NCBI GenBank assembly: GCA_963514005.1
Contig: OY740781.1
Coordinates: 172,794,001 to 172,858,000, forward strand
DNA from: Raja brachyura
Lineage: Eukaryota
Length of the DNA stretch: 64,000 bases
Direction of reading: 5' to 3'
The translations under genes and the position numbers were made by a program. A model generated the notes under the pieces. It was not told the DNA's origin, did no database searches, and was given only the letters and a program-made list of their open reading frames with translations. The first letter of the stretch is position 1. Each line of letters begins with the position of its first letter. Below are positions 10,549 to 22,939 of this stretch, piece by piece.

Positions 10549-13500
10549 ACCTACCAGGGAGAAGGCAATTCTGGATTTAGTGTTATGTCATGAACCGGAT
10601 TTGATAAAGGAACTTGATGTTAATGAGCCATTGGGAGCTAGTGACCATAATATGGTCAGGTTTCATCTACAGTTGGAGAGGGAGATGGGTAGGTCGGAGG
10701 TGTCAGTGTTACAGTTGAATAAAGGGGACTATGGGGCCATGATGGAGGAGCTGGCCAAAGTTGACTGGAAAGATGCCCTAGCAGGGATGACAGTGGAACA
10801 ACAATGGCAGGTATTTCTGGGAATAATACAGAAGGAGCAGGATCAGTTCATTCCTAGGAGATAGAAAGATTCCAAGGGGCGTAAGGGGCGACCGTGGCTG
10901 ACAAGGGACGTCAGGGACTGTATAAAAATAAAAGAGAAGTACAACGTAGCAAAGATGAGCGGCAAGCAAGAGGATTGGGTAATGTTTAAAGAGCAACGGA
11001 AGATAACTAAAAAGACAATACGGGGAGAAAAGATGAGGTACGAAGGTAAGCTAGCCAGGAATATAAAGGAGGATAGTAAAAGCTTCTTTAGGTATGCGAC
11101 GAGGAAAAAATTAGTTAAACAAAGTTGGACCCTTGAAGACCGAAAAAGGTGAATTTATTATGGGGAACAAGGAAATTGCAGATGAGTTGAACAGGTACTT
11201 TGGATCCGTCTTCACTAAGGAGGACACAAACAATCTTCCTGATGCAGTAGTGGCCAGAGGATCTGGGGTGACGGAGGAACTGAAGGAAATCCACATTAGG
11301 CAGGAAATGGTGTTGGGTAGACTGATGGGACTGAAGGCTGATAAATCCCCAGGGCCTGATGGTCTGCATCCCAGGGTACTTAAGGAATTGGCTATAGAAA
11401 TTGTGGATGCATTGGTGATAATTTTCCAATGTTCTATAGACTCAGAATTAGTTCCTGGGGATTGCAGGGTAGCTAATGTTATCCCATGTTTAATAAAGGC
11501 GGGAGAGAGAAAACAGGGAATTATAGACCAGTTAGCCTGACATCAGTGGTGGGGAAGATGCTGCAGTCAATTATAAAAGATGAAATAGCCGCACATTTGG
11601 ATAGCAGTAACCGGATCGGTCCGAGTCAGCATAGATTTACGAAGGGGAAATCATGCTTGACTAATCTCATGGAATTTTTTGAAGATGTAACTAGGAAAAT
11701 GGACAAGGGAGAGCCAGTGGATGTAGTGTACCTGGACTTTCAGAAAGCATTTGATAAGGTCCCACATAGGAGATTAGTGGGCAAAATTAGGGCACATGGT
11801 ATTGGGGGTAGAGTGCTGACATGGATAGAAAATTGGTTGGCAGATAGGAAACAAAGAGTAGGGATTGACGGGATCATTTCAGAATGCCAGGCAGTGACTA
11901 GTGGGGTACCGCAAAGCTCGGTGCTGGGACCGCAGCTATTTATAATATACATCAATGATTTGGATGAAGGGATTCAAAGTAACATTAGCAAATTTGCAGA
12001 TGACACAAAGCTGTGTGGCAGTGTGAACTGCGAGGAGGATGCTATGAGAATGCAGGGTGACTTGGGCAGGTTGGGGGAGTGGGCAGATGCATGGCAGATG
12101 AAGTTTAATGTGGATAAATGTGAGGTTATCCACTTTGGTATCAAAAACAGGAAGGCAGATTATTATCTAAATGGCATCAAGTTGGGAAAAGGGGAAGTAC
12201 AACGGGATCTGGGGGTCCTTGTTCATCAGTCTATGAAAGTAAACATGCAGGTACAGCCGGCAGTGGAGAAAGCAAATGGCATGTTGGCCTTTAAAACAAG
12301 AGGAGATAAGTATAGGAGCAAAGAGGTCCTTCTGCAGTTGTACGGGGCCCTAGTGAGACCACACCTGGAGTATTGTGTGTAGTTTTGGTCCCATAATTTG
12401 AGGAAGGACATTTTTGCTATTGAGGGAGTGCAGCGTAGGTTTACAACGTTAATTCCCGGGATGGTGGGTCTGTCATATGCTGAGAGAATGGAGCGGCTGG
12501 GCTTGTACACTCTGGAGTTTAGGATGAGAGGGGATATTATTGAAACATAAAGACTGTTAAGGGTTTGGATACGCAGGGCAGGAAACATGTTCCCGATGTC
12601 GATGTCGATGTCGATGTCCAGAACCAGGGGCCACAGTTTAAGAATAAGGGGTAAGCCATTTAGAACGGAGATGAGGAAACACTTTTTCTCACAAAGAGTT
12701 GTGAGTCTGTGGAATTCTTTGTCTCAGAGAGAGGTGGAGGCCGGTGCTCTAGATAATTTCAAGAGAGAGCTAGATAGGGCTCTTAAAGATAGCGGAGTCA
12801 AGGGATATGGGGAGAAGGCAGGAACAGGGTATTGATTAGGGATGATCAGCCATGGCGGTGCTGGCTCGAAGGGCCGAATGGCCTACTCCTGCACCTATTG
12901 TCTATTGTCTATAAAATGGAATCATTGAGGGCCATCACACAGCTAGTAACATAAGGCAATGACATGGGATGTGATGTGAAATTACATACAAAGGCATTTG
13001 TGGCCATTGTAAGGGCCACCTTGACATCAATTTTGAGGCACAATTGCCCTTTATAGTTTAAAAACAACAAGTGCCCGATAACAGAGTAGTTAAATCCTGC
13101 TTAATAAGCTGTTCGGTCAGAGATGTTGTGTTAATTGGTATATTCCTTATTCCTGTTACCCAGTGTGCAACATGCAGGTAGTCCTAGAAATGCATAAAAA
13201 TAAATACTTAACAGATTATGTGCTATAATTCAAGATGTATAGCTTGAAAGCATTATCTCCCTGAATCCTTGAAAAACCTTATTTAACATTTGTTTAGTAG
13301 TCAATGGAGCAATTTATAAACTTGAACCTTTACTGGTAAATTCAGATTTACCTATCTGGATGCTTTCTCTCCTTTCAAGTCCTTATCATTTTTACTCAAA
13401 GCTTTTAAATGCAGACCCCTTCACCATGCCCTCCACACCATTTGCTCTACCTCTCCCTCGCTCTCCCTCCACCTCCCAGATTATCCTATGGATTTGAAAA

Positions 13501-14573
13501 GGCACCTGAAGGACAGCATCACTTAAAATATAAAAAATAATTTAATATTGTGCTGATGAGTCAAATGCTACAATTATCGGGAAGGCTTGAACGCATACCC
13601 TGCCGAATCAGAGACAACAGTGCCACCAAAAGAGCCAACATCACACTTCAGTCATGTCAAAACAGTAGACGAAAATCACATGTAATTTTCAATACTGCTC
13701 TCTTTAACTTCTTAGTAATTGAAGTTGCTGCACAGACTCTTTTAATTTTAAATAAGATGAACATTTTGGGTAATGTATTACAAATAATGAATAAATAAGT
13801 TCTTAAGAGAAAGAGAATTGACTAGTACAAATTGAGTAGTTCAAGTGCCAGTGGACTGGATGCCATATGGCATCATTCCACAGAAGTCGCCATTGCCCAA
13901 TTCTGAGACTATGCCAAATGCAGTTGTTCAGTGTGAATGTGGCTGTATCACACATCTTACAAATGACAAGTTTAAAATAGTAGAATCTATTTGCAAATTG
14001 CACTGATGATAGTTTATTGACGATTGTAAACTGAAGAAGGTTTCTTGAGGAATAAAAAAAACAAGTTTGCATAATCGACTAGTTTGTCTTACAAAACTGC
14101 TAACAAAATATCTCTTTATTATTGCCATTACAAAGAAAATGCCACCATATAATTTCTCATCCATCATTCTTTCTGACATAGACAATTACAAAGTATGGTA
14201 TTGCTACTTTTAACTAACTCTACCTTTCATAATATTGTTCAAAATTATCATCACATTTGTACAGATGTTGCTAATAAATATTTTAAACACAAGTAAGCAG
14301 ACAATATTGTTTTATCTTTAAACGTGTTCCAGTTTCTTCTTTTAATATGTATCCACCACAATATCCATATATAGATATCAATAGATGACTAATGATTCAA
14401 CAGCTTGCTAAACTCGGGACATAAATTTGCCAACTATCATAGATATCAGAGCAGCTTCAGGAGTGAGGCTTCTCCATTGTACAAATGGAGGCCCTGCTGC
14501 TGCTCAAGGTTCGTCCCCAAAACACTTTGGACCAGAGAACAAACAACCCACATCTAGATTAGGTGAATTTGAT

Positions 14574-14715
14574 GTTAAAGAAGGAACTGCAGATGCTGGA
14601 GAAGGGTCTGAAGAAGGGTCTGAAGAAGGGTCACGACCCGAAACGTCGCCTATCTCCTTCGCTCCTTAGATGCTGCTGCACCCGCTGAGTTTCTCCAGCT
14701 TTTTGTGTAACCCTC
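14574..14715. mobile_element. PLE pLTR insertion with short inversion and intact hammerhead core, 12-bp TSD
   Basis: TSD ggtgaatttgat at 14562-14573 and 14716-14727; CUGAAGA 14620-14626, stem GGGU-CACG-ACCC, GAAAC GUC ending at 14647. Confidence 0.85.
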
Positions 14716-15524
14716 GGTGAATTTGATAGTGTGGTAATTATACATGTCAATGTCGTGTGGTAAAACTGTGCCAGCCAAATGCGACCATTGAAACGTTGTT
14801 GCATAGAGTTGTATAAAACTTTGTTGTATATATCTCCAACTGAATTATACGTATATGGGACTGCAACAATTACGCTTGTTAATTGTGGGAGCTGGATCCT
14901 GTCAGCAGAATCTGCCCCATTGTAACTCTGCTGCGTATACAGTTTAATTTAGTTTGGAGTTTAGAGATACAGCGTGGAAATTCTGTTACCAGGTGAACAG
15001 GATCTACGTTAGCTGGAAAATTGTGCAATAGTTTTTATTTTGCAGACCAAAAACTGTTTTAAAAACAAGCAACAGGTTGCATTGCCTGCCGCAGGATTGT
15101 AGGTAGAGTCAACAATTATTTTGGCCTCATCTCCTGATTTACACATAGTGCTTCGCCATTTTTGAATTCAATTTGCTTCAACAATGCTACCCGGTCAAAG
15201 TAATGGCTATCTGTTTCTCAGAGTAATGCCCATGTGTGTGATTGCAGCGGCAAACAGACCGCATCAGAGATTGGGATTGAACGCAGAAGACTGTGGGGCA
15301 TCGCCGCATCCTGCTGCACCACTATGCCACTCTCAGGAGATATGGGAAGTGGTCCACATTTTCCAGAGTCTCTTTATGGACATTTATTGTCTGTGCCAGT
15401 GCAGTGGGAAAATGTTGTTAGAGGTTCTTTGCAGATGTGAGCTGTTGGGGGTATCTTTTCATTTACTTCAATGAACAAGCACAAAAAAACTTGGAACCTG
15501 CCTTCCAAATGTGTGCATATACAT

Positions 15525-16560
15525 TAGCAATGTTACAAAAGTTTGAGATTTAAAAAATCAAGTCTGCAATTTATCCCATCAGATAAAGCATAAAAAGAAG
15601 TTTAATTTGACACCTAATTCACTTTCATATCTTCAGTATTAAGAAAGTTATGGCCATTTTCATACTCGGAAATTAGCATCTTGTTCCCCATTGCCTTTCA
15701 ATTGACTTAACTCAAAAGCTGTGATCTGGAACAGTTAAAAGCCCATAACTTTCTTAAAAATTAAGAGAACTCAATGAAATTTTCAGTTATTATAGATTGA
15801 AGCATTCTGAAACAAATATGAAACAATCTTACTTAGATTACCTGAAATTAAAGCATATAATTAGTTAGTTATCTAATTGTAGCTAATTACAAAAATCAAT
15901 GAGTAGATCTAAACATCTATCCATTTCTTAAGAAAATATAAACTTTTTTTTAATTGCCTAAGTGTCCAAATAACATTCACACAATAATCCACAATATAAC
16001 ATAGTTTTTAAATCTCATTTTCATGAATTTCTGGGCCAAATGGAAGGACTTTAGTGTTTGATTCCTGTAAATTAATGGCCATTTAAATCAACTAGCGAGT
16101 GGGTTTTAGTGGAATGCGGTGGATTGGAACGTTGCAGGGTTAGCGGTGTAGTCGGGAGGAAAAATACTGTTTGTTCATCCATTTTTTTGGACCCCATTTC
16201 GCAACGTGAAAATGTTATTAAAGCCTCCCGAAAAACCAACTTTTAATATAAAAATAAACTATTTACCTTTTTTTCTCCCCTACGCAAAATCCTTCCGGTT
16301 GTTGGCACTCACGGCTTTTGAAGGTGATTTTTAAATTACTCTAGTTAATAAATAACTTAGAGTAATTTAAAAATACCTTCATTCATGAAATGTCAGAGCG
16401 ATTTTTCTTCCGCAACGAAATCGCCCGACATTGATCGATTTTCCCTGCCTGTGGAAAAACGGCACTTTAAGCCCGCCCCCTTCTGAAAGGCGCCAAAATC
16501 GCGCACACGGGGAGCGGCAGAACTGCAACGTTGCTCAAGGTAAGTTTTGTAACATACCTA
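15525..16560. mobile_element. Non-autonomous DNA transposon (~1.04 kb), 16-bp imperfect TIR, 7-8 bp TSD
   Basis: Left end tagcaatgttacaaaa, right end ttttgtaacataccta; flanks tatacat at 15518-15524 and 16561-16567. CpG-rich right part; no transposase ORF. Confidence 0.75.
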
Positions 16561-17024
16561 TATACATGCATCATATGCATACTGCAGCTCCATGCTTGAT
16601 CATGATTCTGGAGTAGGCTTGATGTAGATTGAACAGTTTCCATTTATCTTATAGATTTACTATACTAGGGTTGGAAGCTTCCTGAAAGTAAGCTACTTGC
16701 ACTGCAGCAAGAAAGATTGAAAGCGTGTTGGGGTAATAATCTAACGTTATTTGACACCAATCTGCCTTCAGGGCGCCGCAAGCGGCTAGAAGGCCCTTGC
16801 AGGGCTCCGCGGCCTACGGGGAAGCCGGCGCGGTGCGAGGTCAAAGTCCCTGCAGTTGGACTCCCTGGAGATCGGGCTGGGGTCAGAGTCCCTCGAGGTC
16901 GAACCACGGTCAGATCCTCGAGGTCTGAGCCAGAGTCGGGCGAAGGTCGAAGCCGCAAGGTTCAGGAGTCCACGAGTTGGTCGGAGGCAGGCCGAGGTGG
17001 GAGCCAGAGTCAGGTTCCGGAGTC

Positions 17025-17265
17025 AGTTTCAGTTCAGTTTAGTTTATTGTCACTTGTATTGAGGTACAGTGAAATGCTTATGTTGCATGCTAACCTGTCA
17101 GTAGAAAGACAATTCATGATTACAATCGAGCCAAGTACAATGTATCGATACATGATAAGAGAATAACGTTTTGTGCAAGGTAAAGACAACAAAGTCCGAT
17201 CAAGGATAGTCCGTGGGTCATCAGAGAGGTAGATGGTAGTTCAGCACTGCTCTCGGGATGTGGTA
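17025..17265 (-). mobile_element. Rex1-like LINE 3' end
   Basis: Minus-strand tttcactgtacctc..gtgacaataaa followed by an (actga)n-like tail. Confidence 0.65.
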
Positions 17266-17640
17266 GGATGATACAGTTGGATGATCCGCATCGCCGATAG
17301 CAAAGGGGACCTGGCGTGGGGGAGCTGTCGAGAACAAAAGGGGACCTGGCGTGGGGAAGCCACCGAGGACAAAGGGGACCCGACAGAAGGTTGGAGACAA
17401 AGAAGGGATGAGTATGTTTTGTAACTTTGTTGGCACCATTGTGGCGACTCTTTTGTGTGCTTTGTGTGCAAAAACAATGAATTTCATTGTCCCTAGGTGC
17501 GAGCGACAATAAAGTATCATCATCAGAATGGGTAAAGGACAAAGTGCTGGAGTATCTCAGCAGGTCAGGCAGCATTTGTGGATGGAATGGACTGGGAACA
17601 TTTTGGGTCACGACCCTTCAGACTGATTGTTATAGAAGGA

Positions 17641-17870
17641 ACAATAGACAATAGACAATAGACAATAGGTGCAGGAGGAGGCCACTCGGCCCTTTGAGCC
17701 AGCACCGTCATTCAATGTGATCACGGCTGATCATCCCCAATCAGTACCCCGTTCCTGCCTTCTCCCCATATCCCCTGACTCTGCTATTTCTAAGAGCCCT
17801 ATCTAGCTCTCTCTTGAAAGCATCCAGAGAACCCGCCTCCACCACCGTCTGAGGCAGAGAATTCCACAGA
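17641..17870 (-). mobile_element. CR1 3' fragment inserted in a PLE terminus
   Basis: (acaatag)n tail and CR1 3'UTR; it splits the PLE end gaagga|actacagat. Confidence 0.85.
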
Positions 17871-17990
17871 CTACAGATCTGGAAAATTGAAGGTAGACAA
17901 AAATGTTGGAGAAACTCAGCGGGTGAGGCAGCATCTATGGAACGAAGGAAATAGGCAACGTTTCGGGTCGAAACCCTTCTTCAGACTGAT
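17871..17990 (-). mobile_element. PLE 3' end with hammerhead motif (minus strand)
   Basis: Reverse complement reads agtCTGAAGAagggtttcgacccGAAACGTTgcc. Confidence 0.8.
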
Positions 17991-18584
17991 TATTGTGGAT
18001 GTTTTGGCTACCTCTTGTAGGAGGAGATCAACCGGTATAATAAGGTCAGGAAAGTCAGTGTTAAGTTATTCATGCTGTTTCCTGCATTGTGTTTGGTGAT
18101 AATGTGCAGTAAAATTCATGTCGTATTCATACAGCATGGAAACAGGCCCTTCAGCCCAAGATGCCCCATTTAAGCTAATCTCATTTGCCAGTGTTTGGCT
18201 CCCATTTCCCTCTAAACTTTTCCTGCCCAAGGGCCTGTTAAACGCTGTTATGGTACCTGCCTCAAATACCTCCTCAGACAACTCTTTCCATATACCCACC
18301 ATCGTCTGAGTGAACACATTCCTATTAAAACTTGCCCATCTTACCTTAATGTCCTTTGCCTTTATAATGTATGGACCCCACATCACTATTTAGAGTATAT
18401 TTATTTGGTAATTGAGGTTGTGATGTGGCAGGTTGCATGACGATTCCTCTGTAATGACCACATTCAGTTTTGTCTTCCTTTTCTGAAGGTGGTCATGATT
18501 ATGGCATCTCTGGTGTTCACTGTCATATCCTCTTCCAAGATGTTGACGATGAGGAGCAAATATTTAATAGAAGTCGCTCTTCAC

Positions 18585-19215
18585 TAAAGCAAACGCAATG
18601 CAGGCATTTATTTCCAGAGGGTTTGTATACAAAAACAGGGATGGAATGCTGGTAAGGCCGCATTTGCAATATTGTGAGCAATTTTGGGCACCATATCTGA
18701 GGAAGGATGTGCTGGCTCTGAAGAGGGTCCAGAGGAGGTTTACAAGAATGATTCCAGGAATGAGTAGGTTAACATATGATGAGTGTTTGAAGGCACTGGG
18801 CCTATATTCGCTAAAGTTGAGAAGAATGAGGGGGAACCTCATTGAAACTTACAGAATAGTGAAAGGCTTGGATAGAGTGGATGTGGAGAAGATGTTTCCA
18901 CCAGTGGGAAAGTCCAGGACTAGAGGTCATAGCCTCAGGCTTAAAGGATGGTCTTTTAGGAAGGAGATGAGGAGGAATTCATTTTGTTAGAGCGTGGTGA
19001 ATCTGTGGAATTCTTTGCCACTGAAGGCTGTGGAGGCAGTCAGTGTATATATTTAAGGCAGCGATGGATACATTCTTGATTAGTACAGGTGTCAGTGGTT
19101 ATGGGGATAAGGCTGGAGAATGAGGTTAGGAAGGAAAGATAGATTAGGAATGATTGAATGGCGTAGACTTGATGGGCCGAATGGCCTAATTCTGCTCATA
19201 TCACTAGACCTTATG
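18585..19215 (+). mobile_element. CR1 3' fragment
   Basis: ORF 18598-18990 LVRPHLQYCEQFWAPYLRKD...SRTRGHSL, followed by the 3'UTR. Confidence 0.9.
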
Positions 19216-21119
19216 ACTATGTTTGAGAAATTCAGCCAGGATCTGAGCACTTCTTTTTTTAGCTGGATTGTGACCTTGTCTTGTCGTTGATCTAGAGTAG
19301 TGATGAGGTTGGACAAGTCAGTTGATATGACATTCATATCAAAGATAGAGCCAAGGTTGAGGAGTTCTTCAAAACATTCCTACGTGGATTCTCTGCTCTT
19401 GATATGCTCTCCTCCGTACCCTCTTTTCATCCACTATCTGTTCTTCAGCTCACAGATTTTTGTTGGCGATCAGTCTTCTGATGCCTGCAGAAACGTTTAT
19501 TTTCCCTTGTTACAGTCCAGTTACCAATGCAAGAATACTTGGATTTCCAGTTAAATGTATTCTGGACCTCCTAGCTCTATCATTAAACGTGTTTTAGTAT
19601 TTTTTTGCAAAGAATAGTATCTTCATATATGCAGATTATCATGGACCAGGTTGGCCAGATACACGGGACATTCTGTGGCCCCTGTTGGTGTGGGTGTGGG
19701 CAGATTGCCTGTCAAGTAGAGAAGAGCGCGCAAGATCCTTGTGGCCTTCAGTAATGATTTTGATGTCCTAATGCATCTGCTGCTCTTAATGTTTTGATGG
19801 AGATAACAAATTATGCAGTGGTCAACTTTAAATTGATACATGTATGTGTGTAAATCTTTCTTGATGGTGTCGCTGATGATTATTTTTGTGTCTTTGCAAC
19901 TGAATGTTCTTCCTTGCAACATTTTTTTTTTACCAGTGGTCAGGTTACAACAAGGGTCTTAGTAACATGCTAGAATTTTTCTGTACAAGGGTAAAGTCAA
20001 ATGAAGAAACCCACTATTATTAATCACACCACTGATAATTTATCAGCAAATTATCAATGCTGACATTTCCACCAGGTTATCACTGCTACAATTTCCAGTC
20101 TAGTAATCTAGTCGGGAATATTACAATTGCTGTTTGTTTTTATGGGGATGGGGTTATGATAATTGCCTTAAATACAGTTCTGGCAAAGGCAATAATGGAG
20201 TGGCGTGGATGGACCTAGAAATTATGACATGATATTAGTAATATTTTGTACATGGCAGCATTTCAATAATTCTAAATCTTGTTAGCGTCGAGCACGTCAC
20301 ATTATGCAGTATTTCTCAGACTTTATCTTATACTCGCCACTCATGAATGTTTACGCTGTATTCTGCCGGAGCTCCAGGCTTATAACAACATAGCAAGAAT
20401 TCTAGGGCCTTGGTGGACAGCAAGTCCAGCTGTGAATTGTGACTTCTAATGAATGAGATGTAAGCACTGAAAAAGCAATAGAGGAAAGACAAAAAAAGAG
20501 TAGAAAAGGTAAAAACAAAACAAAATAGAAAATAGATTAAAAATGATGAGAAAAAAACCCAGAAAAGAGTAGAAAAATATTCTGTTCTCACAATTTTTAA
20601 CAAGGTGACTACATGAGGAGATGATATTGAAAAGATTACCTTGTTCCCTCCTGGGTGTGGGGAGGAGGGTGAGAGCACTTTTGTGAGATATGGAGGTGAG
20701 GGCCATCACAACTGCATGGGGGAAACCACGTTTCCTGATGAAAGAGAATATCTTGATGATAACAGCAACAGATAGCTTGACACATCATCTTTGGTGATTA
20801 ATAAGAATACTTGGGCGCCAGGAACGTTTAGGCAAACTGCAGATCTGTGAGTCCCACTGGTTGTCACTCCCATCCCTGCCACAGCAGGCGGAAAAGTCCA
20901 TGCACCACATCCTTGTTGACTGAGGTCTGGCATGTGGCACCATTACCACAGACTGATAACCCCAAACATATGGGGATCAGAGGGGAGGCGGTCTCCTACA
21001 TGTTGCCAACAAGAAATTGACATGAATGAAAAGTATATTTAAGTGTTTGTGTTTAATAGTTCTTGTAACAGATGAAAGGCATCAACATATTTAGGCTCAT
21101 TGACAAACTGCAATTACAG

Positions 21120-22115
21120 AAATTACCAAATTAATTGTTTTCTGATGAAATTGAGACAAGGAATCCATACACATCTACCTACAAACCGACTGACTCCTTC
21201 TTGACTAAACCTCTTCCCACACAGTCCCTTGTAAGGATGTCCTTTAATCTCAGTTGCTACAGCTCTGCAAGGAAGCTTTTAACTCATACATCTAAGAAGT
21301 CCTCTTTCTCCACGGAATGGGCCGCAGTTCTGCTCTTGCCCCTCCCCCCCCCCCCCCCCCCCCCCACCACTCTCCCCACCCAGAGGTAGAGTTCCCTTGG
21401 ATCCTTACCTTTCATCCCCACCAGTTTCCAGATTAAGTCAAGAATTGTCCTATGTACCGGCATAGTAATTCTTACCTATTGCAGCCTGACAGGCCCATAA
21501 ATACAATAATGCACAGACAATACATAATCAGTATATAATCAATGAGAAAATAAACTAATAACTGTATTCATAGGTAATCACAGCAGTGGTGCAAAGCTGA
21601 AGTCCATAGTGCGACCAAATGCATTGTGACATAGTCCATAGAAAATCATAATTGTTGTGGCTAGTGTTGTGTAGTGTTCAAGAGCCCGATGGTTGCTGGT
21701 AAGAAGCTGTTCTTGAACCAGGTGATCACGGTTTTCAGCTCCTGTGCCTTCTTCTCGATGGTAGTACTGAAATGAGAGCATGGCCAGGGTGCTCTGGATC
21801 TTTGATGATATTAGCTGCCTTGTTGATGCAGCACATCCTATCTCTCTCTCCCTTCGATGGTGGGGAGGATATTACCTCTGATGGACTGGGCCGTGTCTAC
21901 CACTGACACAATCAATCACTATGTTCTCTTCTGTATGCGGTAAAATTTCGTCATCAACATAACAAATCACCCAGCATATTATTCCCCAACATTTCGACCA
22001 GCCTCAACATTATTCCACCATCAGTCACATCTTCCCCTCCCAACCTCTTTCTGCCGAGACTATGCTCTGTGTGACCCCCTTGGTTCGTTCATCCCTTCCA
22101 TCCACATCTCCTCCG
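21120..22115 (+). mobile_element. Degenerate PLE RT-thumb/linker fragments, interrupted by a minus-strand Rex1-like 3' piece (~21435-21905)
   Basis: TSTYKPTDS (PLE ..YYKPTD), agagttcccttgg..ttacctttcatcc (RVPLVLTFHP-like) and atcttcccctcccaacctctttctgc (IFPSPPLSA-like). Confidence 0.6.
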
Positions 22116-22117
22116 CA

Positions 22118-22165
22118 AGAGAGGAGAGGGACCTATGGTTTAGTATCTCATCTGAAAGATGGTCA
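22118..22165 (-). mobile_element. Short DeuSINE core fragment upstream of HHIP
   Basis: Reverse complement ccatctttcagatgagatactaaaccataggtccctctcctctc resembles the recalled Deu-domain core CCGTCTTTCGGATGAGACGTTAAACCGAGG. Confidence 0.5.
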
Positions 22166-22902
22166 GGGTTGTTGTGCACCAAATACAAAGAAGCAAGTGC
22201 CCAGGAAATTCTAATTTATGAGAAGAAGTCTGGACCCTGAACGAAAGAGAAATGTGACAGTGGACAGTTTCTGGGGGAGGGTGCCAAGCACACTCAGGAG
22301 TGAGATGAGAGTAGGTAAGAGTGATATTGCTGAGGCGGGTTTACCTGCTGGTTTGTCCCTAATATGCAACTTAAATAGCCTCGCGTTCATCATTTGCCTA
22401 ATACGAAGTTACACGAGGGCAGCCCTGGCTGCCACAGTATCCGGATCGCATGCATCAGTTTACAGGTCAGTTCAATGCTGAGCTGTAAACCGTGTCTCAC
22501 GGCTCCACCTCAATAGGAGTCCGCTCTCTACGCTTAATTTATGCAGTTGTATGAACAAGGATTAAATATTGACGTTAAAATTCACCTGGAATCATTTCAC
22601 ACGATTCAAACTCGCAGCTTAAACTCAACTCGATAGTGGCGAAAAAGTTAAACATATGTAGGTAGGCACATACACACACACAACACACAACACAAACAAC
22701 AAAAAAAGAACGAAAGCATACAAGATTCACAGCGCAATCCCTCTCAGAGTAAAAACCCGGAGCAAATCTCCACAACATCTTAAAAGTTGAGGAGCAAAAA
22801 CGAATTCCTAGCGTCCCACAACAATAATAAAACAAAAGATCGTGGATTGTTTGTGCTTTAACCAAGAAGGAGGGGGGGGGGGATCCTCGGTAACATTTTG
22901 TT

Positions 22903-22923
22903 GTGTGTGTGTGTGTGTGTGTT
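22903..22923. repeat. (GT)n microsatellite
   Basis: Direct observation. Confidence 0.85.
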
Positions 22924-22939
22924 TGTTTGTTCCACTTGC

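Larger units (their letters stand above)
9015..12912 (+). mobile_element. Large CR1 (HER1-like) LINE: end of ORF1 plus pseudogenised ORF2 (APE + RT), (CTATTGT)n tail
   Basis: ORF1 end LHLNWRGTDILAGRF; endonuclease VDELEAQLEIGKYDVVGVTDTWL and LGASDHN; RT NYRPVSLTSVVGK, YLDFQKAFDKVPH, GVPQSSVLGP, KFADDTKL. Stops and frameshifts throughout; tail at 12894-12912. Confidence 0.95.

Noticed and set aside
11486-12382. 298-aa reverse transcriptase ORF as a functional gene or novel RT system
   Set aside because: It is a fragment of CR1 ORF2 flanked by frameshifts, stops and two insertions; an ordinary dead LINE.
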